This document shows positions 26,545-37,536 of a DNA stretch of 64,000 nucleotides, piece by piece (the first letter of the stretch is position 1; every line of letters starts with the position of its first letter). A program made the position numbers and the translations under genes. This DNA comes from Felis catus (taxonomy: Eukaryota), in assembly GCF_018350175.1 (NCBI RefSeq), contig NC_058383.1:19160001-19224000 (forward strand), given 5' to 3'. The notes under the pieces are model-generated. The model saw nothing but the letters and a program-made list of their open reading frames with translations. It did not search any database and was not told where the DNA came from.

Positions 26545-26761
26545 TAAGTTTCTTTAATGTTTATATAATTTTGAGAGAGTGACAGAGACAGAGAGCGAGC
26601 GGTGGAGGGGCAAAGAGAGAGGGGAGACACAGAACCCGAAGCGGGCTCCGGGTTCCCGGCCATCCGCACAGAGCCCGACGCGGGGCTGGAACTCACAAAC
26701 TGCGAGATCGTGACCTGAGCCGAAGTTGGACGCTTAACAGACTGAGCCACCCGGGCACCCC
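26545..26761 (-). mobile_element. Felid Can-SINE
   Basis: Antisense body ending gagccacccgggcacccc. Confidence 0.92.
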
Positions 26762-27361
26762 TACCGATTATTATTTGAAATAATAATAGAGGTGCCACCC
26801 ATAGCCGGGCTCGTTTGTGTGAGACGCTTTAAAAACACCAGATAAGGAAACAGGCTCAGCAAGTTTGTCATTTTACCATTCTTTGTGAACATCGCACTCA
26901 AGAGCTACAGAAGACTGCATCCATTGATGTGCAAAGTTCACCTAATGATTCTCCTACTTCCAGGCCATTTATATTGTTTCCAGTCTCTTTGCTGGTATAA
27001 ATAATGCAGCTGTGACAGTCTCTGTGTCATTAAAGTGCCTTGAAGAACTCATTTTGGATGACTATATAATATTTCATATTGTCAACAAAAATGTGTGTAC
27101 AAGGATACTAATCACATCATTACTTATAATAGCAAAAATTGAATGTAATTAAGCCACACAGGAAAATGTTCCTGAGATGATATTAAGTGAACGCAGCAGG
27201 GTACAAAATCGCATAATCAGTGTGTTTCTGATTATGGGGGGGGGGGGGGGGAAGGTACAGACACATGGGGAAAAAAAAGCTGGAGAGAAATAACCCTAAA
27301 TTTTACCAGTGGTTATTGCTGGGTGATGACTTTATATGGAAAAATTTTATTTTTTCATGTT

Positions 27362-27371
<10 letters not shown>

Positions 27372-27411
<40 letters not shown>

Positions 27412-27472
27412 AAATTTATTTACTTATTTGTTTTGAGAGAGGGAAAGTGAGAGTGGGGTAGGGGTAGTGGCA

Positions 27473-27518
<46 letters not shown>

Positions 27519-27643
27519 CCCGAGCAGGCTCCATGCTATCAGTGCGGAGAGAGATGTGGGGCTCAATTTCATGAACCACAAGATCATGATCTGAGCCTAA
27601 ATCAAGAGTCGGACGCTTAACCCGCTGAACCACCCAGGCGCCT
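27372..27643 (-). mobile_element. Can-SINE with (TG)n (27372-27408) and (GA)n (~27478-27515) microsatellites
   Basis: Direct reading; ends aaccacccaggcgcct. Confidence 0.9.
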
Positions 27644-27699
27644 CTGTATTTTTTAAATTCTTCACAATAAGCACGTTCACTTTAAATTTTTAAAAATCA

Positions 27700-27922
27700 G
27701 GGGCGCCTGGGTGGCGCAGTCGGTTAAGCGTCCGACTTCAGCCAGGTCACGATCTCGCGGTCCGGGAGTTCGAGCCCCGCGTCAGGCTCTGGGCTGATGG
27801 CTCGGAGCCTGGAGCCTGTTTCCGATTCTGTGTCTCCCTCTTTCTCTCTGGCCCTCCCCCGTTCATGCTCTGTTTCTCTCTGTCCCAAAAATAAATAAAC
27901 GTTGACAAAAAAAATTTAAAAA
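27700..27922 (+). mobile_element. Young felid Can-SINE
   Basis: Same diagnostic body as the copies at 11383 and 19574. No clear TSD. Confidence 0.93.
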
Positions 27923-30900
27923 GTGACTTTATTAAATATTACAATAGGTGCATTCCAATATCTGATCCATTTCTTTGCCCTTCTGCATAATATTCCGTGG
28001 TGTGAATCTACCATAATTTATTTATCCGTTGTCCTGTGGATAGTCCTTTGGTTGTTTCCAGGTTGTTGTTTGTTTGTTTGTTTTTTCCGTTCTGTTCTGC
28101 CAGGGTGCAGAAATGTGCACGAATAACATTGTCTTTAATGTGCACAAATAACATTGGGATTGTTGGGTCATAGGACCTGAACAGCTTCAACTACACTAGG
28201 TAAAGCTAGTTGTTCTCTAAGCTGGTTGTATCGGCCCGTATTCCCTCCACCATGGGATGAGAGTCGTTCCATATTGTCACCAACACTTGCTACCTTTGCA
28301 CCCTAACAATTTTTCATCTTAATATTGTTATTGAGTGTATTACCTTACACCCCACAGCTTTGGGAAGTCAGAAGATATGACAACCAGACCTTTAGGCTTA
28401 ATGCCAGCTGTCTTACCCTGAGTGGGCCGGGGCCACGGACAAGCTGGGAGCTTGGGAGCGGGGATGGTGGCAGTCGGACCCTTGTAGGATTCGTGGGACC
28501 TGGCCAAGCCTCAGCCTGACCCCCCACAGCAGGTAGTCGGTGGTCTTATAGCTTGAATTCAAAGCTGACAGGTAATCATTTGTTTCTTTGATAAATATGG
28601 GATGTCTCCCGTGTTCTAGGCAGGGGTCAAGATGCTAGGGGACAGTGGTGCATAAAAGGAACAGAAATCACTGTCTTCATGGAGCTTACCCTCCTGCCGA
28701 GCGAAACAAACATCCAAAAAAACCAAAATGATAAAGCGTTATTAGGCGGTGGGAAGTGTGGAGAAAAGTAGGGGGGGACGGGGGGGGGGTGTAGGCGGGC
28801 GTTTGCACGTCAGATGGAGTGGCCAGAACGGGCCTCACTGGGAAGGTGACATTTGAGCAAAGATCTGAAGGTGGTAGGAACAAGCCGTGAGGGCGTCTGG
28901 GGGAAGAATGTTCTAAGCAGCGGGATCAGCAGGTGCAAAGGCTCTGAGGCAGGATGTTCAAAGAACAGCCAAGCAGCAAAGGGACCCGTGTGCCTGGAGC
29001 AAAGAGAATGGGGGAAGGAGTAAGAGGAGACGGGGCTAGACAGGAAGGGGGCCACACTGTGCCTGCCACGCAAATGGCACCCTTGATTCTTGATTCGGGC
29101 TGCCAGGAAACTCAGAGATGATGGGGGTGGCAGGGTCTGGCAGTTGTATGGAAAGAGAGCGTGAGGGCCCCAGCACTTGCCTGGGGCTCCAGGCAGAGAA
29201 CTGGAGTATTTGGGGAGACAGAGGCAGGCTTCTGCTGTGTAAAGCAGGTCGACAGGGTGTGTGTGCCCATACAGTATGCGTCTGAGAATGAGCATGGAGA
29301 AGCCAAGCTCCTGGGGAGGGTGGCTAGGTGTCCTACTGATCCAGCTGGGTGGCTCAGGTGTCTAGGCAGGGCCTGAGAGTTGCTGACCTAGGCTGGCCTC
29401 TGCTGGGATGATTGGGGCTCGGCCCTGCTCTGTGGGGCCTTCGTCCGCCAGCAGGCTAGCCCGGGCACGACCTCGTGGTGACGAAAGAAGCACGAGCCGG
29501 GGGAACCCCCAGCTGTGCGATGTGCTTGCTAGCACTCTGCCGGCCGCAGCAGGTCACACGGCTGAGCCCAAAGTGCATGCAGAGGGCACGGACGCAAGGA
29601 GGGGTGAGGAATCGGGTCCCCGTCTGCAGTCTGGCACCCAGGGAGTTTAGGGGGCGGGTGCTGAAGGGCTGCAGCGTGGCCATGCTGCGGATGAGGTCAT
29701 GGGGGATGATCTGGGGAGGACACAGAGGCCATCGGGAAGAAGGGAGGAGGAAGGAAGCCGTTCCGAGCACAAACAAGGACACAGGCCTGGACCAAGGCAA
29801 CAGGGGTGGGGACAGGAGAGATTGATTATGCCACATTTGTCCCATAAAAACCCAGGAGTCAGGCCGAGGCCCTTGGTCTGTTACACAGATGTCGCACATG
29901 GCCCCCGGGATATAATTGGCCTTGGCCTCTGCAGAAAGGTTAATTGCCCGGATCACAGAGTCTGAGGCTCCCAGGACTGACAGAAAACCTCCCCAATTAA
30001 GGACCCGGAGCAGTGAGCTTCTGTCCCCTCTGGTCACTTGAGCAGGCTGTGGGCGGCAGTGATGGGGCAGAGAGGCCCGAGGCCCCGCCCGGGGAGCTCA
30101 GAGCCCCGGAGAGACACTAACTATCAGCAAACATTCCGGGGGAGCTGTGACAGACAGCCTTACGGGGACGGTGGAGGCTAAAGGCTGTTTCGGCTGCAGA
30201 AACAGAAAACTCATTCCAACGGGCCTGAGCCCGAGGAGGAATTTGCTGGCTCTGGTAACTCAGTGGTCAGGAGTGGATTCGGTCATCCATGGCTGGAGCC
30301 AGTGCTCTCAGCGGGCAGCTTCTGACTCTCAGCGGGGCCTTCCGGCGTCGGCCTCATTCTCAGGTGCCCTACGGAATTGCCACGAGATGCCCCCGACAGC
30401 TCCTGGGTCCATCCTCCCCTGTTTAGCAACCACCGCTGGCAAGGGGTCACCTCATTCCCAGGTGTTTAAGCAAAGTCCCGGGACTGGCTCCGATTGGCCC
30501 GGCTCGAGTCCCACACCCATCCCTGAATCAGTCACTGTGGCCTGGGTCACAGCCCAGCTGGAACAGGGAAGAGAGGGTCTGCCCTGCCCCACTAGCAAGG
30601 GCTGAGAAAGGGGCGCAGTGGTCCCTGGAAAGAAAGGCAGGTTCTATTCCCAGAAAGGATGCTGGGCCGGCTCAGGGCACAGGAGAAGGAGGGGTGGTGG
30701 AGGCCGGGTGTCTGTACCTACCACGGTCCCAGGAGTCATGTCGAGGAGGGAAGGGCCCTTAGGAACTGTTGTCCGACTGCCCATTTCACAGACAAGGAGA
30801 CTGAGCCAAGGATACGGTCATTTCAAAGTGGGGAAGCCGCTGGGAAGAGAAACAAGATGGCAGAATGGGGAGGGTCTGGGGAGAAGCAGGTTGGATCGGT

Positions 30901-32319
30901 GGATAGATTGGGGCCTTTCTGGATCCCGTCTGGAGTTGACATTTGAGACCTGAATGGAAAAAGAGCGGCAGTCATGTGAAGGCAAGAAGAAAGAACCTTC
31001 CAGAGGGAGCAACTGAGTGCAGAGGGCCTGACGCAGAAGGACACTTGGTCTCTCGGGGACCCAGGATGATGGACACACGGACATCTCAACATAGGCGAGG
31101 GGTGAGAGCCGGAGAGCTCCCCTGCCAGGTGTTTCTATGCGTTTTCTCGAAAGTGATGCGTATTTCCGCCCAGAGCCGGGTGACCAGTGTCCCCGTCCTT
31201 CCCATCTGCACGGGGGGGGGGGGCCTGGAAACGGGGAATGGCATGGCTATTGAGTGAGAGGTAAATGTTCGTACAGAGCAAACCCACCACCCTTCACCAC
31301 CTTCTACCGTCTGAAAAATCTTTGCTCAATATCCCAGTTTGACGTGCCATCTCAAGGATGTTTCAATCTCAATATTATTGCTAATGAGGCTGAATCCAAT
31401 GCCTCCATATGATTTCCACTAGGTCCGTTTCTTCTTTTGTGAATTATCTGGAAACCTAACCTCTTGGGCCTCCTTAGAAAAGTTTTTTTTTTTTTTTTTC
31501 CTCCTTAACCTGAGACAGGAGGTATTTGGGAGCTCTGATCTCAAAGGCCCATCCAGCTTGCATATTCTCCTGGATTCTCTGATCTTTAAAAATATCAAAG
31601 GAAATGCCATTTATATTGGCAAAAGCTTTGTGGGCGCCTCCCGGATGAGAGAATAAACCCCTGAAGTTGGTGAGTCTGGATATTTTTAGACTCTTCTGCT
31701 GGCGTGATAAAACAAAGCTCCTTTTTGGCCAGGGTGGTGGGGGGGAGGGGGGTGGCAAGAGAAAAGATGTTGTCTGGCTCCCGCGTAATAAAATAGGGAT
31801 TCTGAGTGCAAGGGAGACTCGGGCAAAAATCAGGCATTAGTTTCCCCCCCCGCCCCGCCCCCCGGCAAGATGAATATCCTGCTCAGGAAGAAGTCTGGTC
31901 TCTGTGTTACAATAGCCCTGCGTGCACCCTCAGGGTTAAGCCCTAAAAGGTTGCTGCCCACAAACGTTTTTTTTTTTTTTTTCCCCTTATTCTGTCCATG
32001 CCTTGTAGATGCTGACGTGAACTTGTACAGCATTTTCCAATTTGTGGGTCCAGCCTGGTGCACAGGGGGAGTCACATGTCTGTTGCTAAGAAGTCCTGGG
32101 TGGGAGCCCCCCGTGTTGCAGAAGCTGTGTGACCTCTTTCAGTTCTGGCGTCCTCCCTGGGATGAATTTTTACCATCTGAAAAACGAAGCGGGGTGAACT
32201 CAGTTATGATTGGGTGTCTGGGTTCTGTGAAGGGCTGGGCACAGGTGTCCTAGGGCCCTGGCACTGCTCAGCTGTGTTTAGTTGACTCACGTGATGCTTT
32301 TTCTAAATTAAAAAAAATA

Positions 32320-32375
32320 TATTTTTTAAGTTTATTTTAGAGAGAGAGAGTGGGGGAGAGAAGGAGAGGGAGAGA

Positions 32376-32419
<44 letters not shown>

Positions 32420-32544
32420 CCCAAGCAGCCTCCACACTCAGTGTGGAGCCCAATGCGGGGCTCGATCCCATGACCCCGGGATCATGACCTGAGAGTCATG
32501 ATCGTGAGTCGGATGCTCAACTGACTAAGCCACCCAGGCGCCCC
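32320..32544 (-). mobile_element. Can-SINE with long (GA)n
   Basis: (GA)n at ~32380-32416; ends aagccacccaggcgcccc. Confidence 0.88.
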
Positions 32545-33169
32545 TGATGTTTGAAAATGTCAGAATGCGTCACTGATGTTTCAAAATGTGGAGATTTCAC
32601 ACAAAAATCAGGATTTCTGGCCTCTCTTGAAAAGATCTAGCAAGATCTAGCAACCCTGGGCACATGCTCCCACCTGTTGGGAGCTGCCGTTTGGCTCCAG
32701 CCTCTTCCTTTATCCTGGGGATAAAGGGGTTGGTCCAGGTCGCTGCACTTGCCATCAGGTCTGGTCGTCTTCCTGACATGGAAGCAGAGTGTCAGTTCCC
32801 ATTTATTATTGGGACTGTGCCTTTACTTAGGGGAGGAAAAGTAAGAGATTTCTCATTCCCATGTTTCTCGCAAAGGCGGAAAAAGCATGTGCAAAGGCCC
32901 TGAGGTAGGAATGAGTTTTGTATGTTTGTGGAGGGAAAAGCCTGGACAGGTGGGTGGGGACTTGAGTGTGATGGGAAACCACTGGAGCACTGAAGGGCTT
33001 AAAGGAAGGAGATTTGGTTTACATTCTAGAAAGATCATTTTGGCTGCCGAATGATGATAAATGCCAGGGAAAAAATTAAAAGGGAAGGGAACTCGGGAGT
33101 ACGGGGGAGAGGTGTTGGCAATTTGACATAGGGAGATCAAGGGGGACATCATTAAGAAACAACATTTGA

Positions 33170-33362
33170 GGGGCGCCTGGGTGGCTCAGTCAGTTAAGCG
33201 TCCGACTTCAGCTCGGGTCATGATCTCATGGTTCGTGAGTTCAAGCCCTTCATCGGGCTCTGTGCTAACAGCTCAGAGCCTGCAGCCCGTTTTGGATTCT
33301 GTGTCTCCCTCTCTCTGTCTCTCAAAAATGAATAAAAGTAAAAAAAAAAATTAAAAAAAAAA
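33170..33362 (+). mobile_element. Felid Can-SINE with an internal deletion, inserted in L2
   Basis: Perfect 16-bp TSD aagaaacaacatttga at 33154-33169 and 33363-33378. Confidence 0.94.
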
Positions 33363-34114
33363 AAGAAACAACATTTGAGCAAAACTTAGAGGAGGGGAGG
33401 GAGATCTAGGGGAAGAGCGTTTTAGGCAGGGGGGAATGGCTAGTGCAAAGGCCCTGAGGCAAGAGTGTGCCTGGAGCGTTTAAAAACACCAAGGAGGCCA
33501 ATATGACTAGAAGGAAGTGAGCAAGGGGCAGGAGGGTAGGCGATGAGGCCGGGAGGTGTGGGGGACTTAAAGGCATTGCACGGGTGGCTGCTGACCCCGA
33601 CAGGTGGGTGAAGGCTGAGCCAGCTGGCACGCCTCCTCAGAATGGTTTCATGGAGGCCCCAGAGGGTCTCTGTCTTGGCTGGGGCCCTCCTGAGGGCAGG
33701 ACGTCCAAACATGGGAGTGTGGGGAGGAGGGTGGGTGCTGCATTCTGTGTGCTGAGCCCCAGATCCCTGGCTTGCTCTGCAAGAATTGATCCCCCGGCCA
33801 ATTCCAGCTTTGAGGCCACTGTCCCTCCACAGCCCCCGGGAGGGAGTCTCGGCAGCTGAAGCCCCCAGCCAGCCACTGAAGTCAGATTCCCCTTGGCATC
33901 GGCCTCTGAAGAATCTGTCTCCCTCTCCACACATGTCATAAGAAGGGCCCGAATCTCCAAAGCCTGCGGACTTTTCTCCTCCCCCTCCTCACTCCCCTTG
34001 ACCTTTGGGTGGTATTCACAACAGCGACTCCTCCTTTTGGGATTACTTTCTCCCCTTAACTTTGCTGCTGAAGTAGTCTGGCCACTTCTTCTTCCTCTTT
34101 GCTTGTGTCATTTC

Positions 34115-34333
34115 TTCTCTTCTTCTTCTCTTTTTTAATGTTTCTTTATTTTTGAAACAGAGACAGAGCACACGCAGGGGAGGGGCAGAGAGAGAGGGAG
34201 ACACAGAGTCCGAAGCGGGCTCCGGGCTCCGAGCTGTCCGCACGGAGACCCACACGGGGCTTGAACTCAGGAACCGCGAGATCATGACCTGGGCCGAAGT
34301 CGGACGCTTAACCAGCTGAGCCACCCAGGCACC
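34115..34333 (-). mobile_element. Felid Can-SINE
   Basis: Antisense body, TSD tgtcatttct. Confidence 0.92.
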
Positions 34334-34807
34334 ACTGTCATTTCTTTATTCATTGGCTTAACAAATACTTACTGAGTGCCTCCTGCTCTCAGAGACAGCA
34401 CTGAACGTGCCAGACGAGATCTCTGCCCGCAGTGGGCTCTCATTACGGAGGGGGCAGCAGACCACACATGAGTAAACTGACAGATAACACCATTTCAAAT
34501 AATGAAAAGTAAAACGGGAAAGGGTAGAAAGTGGTGTGTGTGTTGGTGGTGGCTACTTTAGATGGAGCGGTCAGTGACATCTGAGCTGGGAAGCAGTCAA
34601 CCAAGCAATGCTGGGGGAATGAGCATTCTGGACAGAGGGCACAGCAAGTGCAAAGGCCCTGAGGTGGCTGGAGTCTGGTGGGTAAGGAGACCTCAAAGGG
34701 TGTGCAGTGGCTTGATAACCTGGTAGGGCCTTGAAAGCCAGGCAGGAAGTTGGCATTTATTTAAAGTGCAGTGGGGAATCTCCAGAAGATTACAACAAGG
34801 GAGAGAC

Positions 34808-35440
34808 TTATTCTGCACAGTACTGAAGTCCTAGCCACAGCAATGAGACAAGAAAAAGAAAGAAAATAAAAGGCATCCGAATTGGGAAGGAAGAAGTAAA
34901 ACTTTCACCACCTGCGGATGCTGTGATACTCTATATTGAGAACCCTGAAGACTCCACCAAGAGACTACTAGAACTGATAAATAAATTCAGTACAGTTGCA
35001 GAACAGAAAATCAACATACAGAAATCTGTTGCATTTCTAGACGTTAATAACAAAGTAGCAGAAAGAGACCTTAAGGAAACAATCCCATTTATAATTGCCC
35101 CGAAAAGAATAAAATACCTAGGAAAAAACTTAACCAAGGAGGCGAGAGAGCTGTACTCTGAAAACAATAAGATGAAAGAAATTGAAGATAGCCCAAACGA
35201 ACGCGAAGATATTCCATGATCATGATTGGAAGAACCAATACTGTTAAAATGTCCATACTGCCCAGAGCAATCTACAGATTTCACGCAATCCCTACCAAAA
35301 TGCCAACAGCATTTTTCACAGCTCTAGAACAAAGAATCCCCAAATTTGGGTGGAACCACAAAAGACCCCGAGTGGCCAAAGCAACCTTGAGGAAGAGGAA
35401 CAAAGCCGGAGGTATCACGCGCCCAGATTTCAAGAAATAT
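34808..35440 (+). mobile_element. L1 ORF2 reverse-transcriptase-region fragment (disrupted)
   Basis: Encodes IKGIRIGKEEVKLS..ADAVILYIENPEDSTKRLLELINKFS..KINIQKSVAFL..KRIKYLGKNLTKE and [39 protein letters not shown], all canonical L1 ORF2p. The catalytic FADD has decayed to PADA. Confidence 0.95.
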
Positions 35441-35692
35441 TAATGGCGTTACATTACAAAATTTCAAAATTACATTTTTGAAAGATCCCTTTTTCTCCGA
35501 ATATGGCTCAGGCAGCAGAGCGACCCGGAGCCCCTTGTTCAACGGGTGGATCCCAGCCTTTGCCCTCATCTGCGGCATCAGCTACTGGGGGGGGGGGGCA
35601 GGGGGTGGGCAGCCTGGGAATGTGCATTTTAACCAGCACGTAACAGATTTGAGAACCACTGCTTCGGGTTCAGGGTCTTCACGTGGAAATTA

Positions 35693-36145
35693 ACCAAGGG
35701 GTCAGCAGACAGAACTCAAGGGGCCGCAAGAGTTCGGGTGGCAAAACACTACGTCTCTCCTCTCCCAGCCTCTAACTGGCAGTCTGCGTTTCCCTCCTAG
35801 CCACACCTGGGGCTTTGTCGCCAGTTGGAGTCACAGAATTTTCACAACACGTTACAGGGCGTGTAGGGGTCTTGAAAAGACCCCTTTCTCCTCGCTGCTT
35901 CGAAGTCGTGGGAGTTATTAGATCTTGTTACTTCACGCATTAATAAAGAGGCGTGTAGGCTAATATCCTACATCTGACTTTTTAAAAACTTGTCCCGATA
36001 ACTCCGTCTCAAAATAATTAGCTTGCTTTGCAATTCTGTGTGTGTTTGTTTTATGCATTTAAAAATGTTACTCAGAGAAAGAGTCCTTGGGTTTTGTCAG
36101 ATGCCACAGGGGTCCGCGGCCCAGAAAAGGTGCAGAACGCCTGCA
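35693..36145. mobile_element. hAT-Charlie-like DNA transposon fossil
   Basis: Ends ...gccacaggggtccgcggcccagaaaaggtgcagaacgcctg, a Charlie-type terminus. AT-rich interior. Confidence 0.55.
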
Positions 36146-37323
36146 GAGAGCTGGGGGGGTGGGGTGGGGGCCCAGGCAGAGCCGGATGCCTCTCCTGACT
36201 CCCTTTGCGAATGCCGAGGGACCTTGGGCAAATTGCTTTCCTCCTCTGTGCCTCCGTGTCCTTACCTGGAAGATAGCACCTATCTCAAATGCTCGTTGGA
36301 AGGAACCAGCCAGGCCACCCAGGGGCACCAGCCCGTGCCCTTTCTTCCACTGGCGCGTAGGACTTTGCTGGGCTTGTTGAGCAGGGAGTGGGGAGCCAGG
36401 CTGGCTGAGCTCTGACTCCCAGCTCCATCACCCGGGCTGGGCAATTAACCTCTGTGTGCCTCGGTTTCCCCTCCATAACTTGGAGGTAATAATGGCACCT
36501 AGGTCATAAGGTGTTGCGGGGATGAAATGAGTTTCTATGTGCCAAGGGCCCAGCACGGCGCTTGGCATTGTCTGGGGGATGTATAAGATGGTCATTATTG
36601 GCTGTGTCTCACCCCTCAGGTTACGTTTGGGGTTCCCGGAGGGCCGGATCCGAGTCCTGCTCTCCTCTGCATCCCCCATAGTACCTGACACAGAGTCTGG
36701 GTTTAGGAAATGTGTCTGCTGCAGCGAGTGCTACTTTTCACGTGAGTTAAGGGAGAAGGGACACTTTTTCTAGAGGTCAGGATCAAGTCGGATGCCCCCA
36801 CGGCCATAGTGGACCCCGGATTCAGCAAGGGGGCCACAGGGAGGCAAGGACAAAGGGCTAGAGCACATGTCATCTTGGGGTCCTGGGCAAATAATGAATC
36901 CAGATAATCCAGTTGATAGTATCTCCCCACCACCCGCTCAGCCTGGCTTTGTCAGGCTTGAGCCAGATGAGTTTTTTCCGCTGCTTTCCAAGCCTCAGTG
37001 TTCTCATCTGTTGAATGGGGACAGCTAGCGTGCGTTGGGGCCCGCCACAAGCTAAGCCTTGGTTATGCCTCTTTCCATGCCCCCGTTTGATTCTCACAAC
37101 CACTCTCTGAGGCCACTGGGGAGACTGCAGCTCAGAGAGGTGAAGTAACTTGCCCAAGGTCACACAGCAAGTCAGCGGCACAGCTGGGGCTTGCCTGGGC
37201 GGTCTGGCTCCCAGGCCATGCCTTAAGCCCTGGGCACACCACCACCCCACAGCAGAGAAGTGTTTCTCTTCTTTCCCCCCCTCCGCAGGGACCAGCCACA
37301 CTTTATGTCCACAGAGGTGTTCT

Positions 37324-37536
37324 TTTTTTTTTTTTAATGTTTTTATTTATTTTTGAGACAGAGCATGAGCATGTGCAGGGGAGGGGCAGAGAGAGAGGGA
37401 GACACAGAATCCAAAGCAGGCTCCAGGCTCTGAGCTGTCAGCACAGAGCCCGATGTGGGACTCGAACTCACCAACTGTGAGATCATGACCTGAGCCGAAG
37501 TTGGACGCTTAACCGACTGAGCCACCCAGGCGTCCC
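37324..37536 (-). mobile_element. Felid Can-SINE
   Basis: Antisense body, TSD ggtgttc. Confidence 0.93.
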
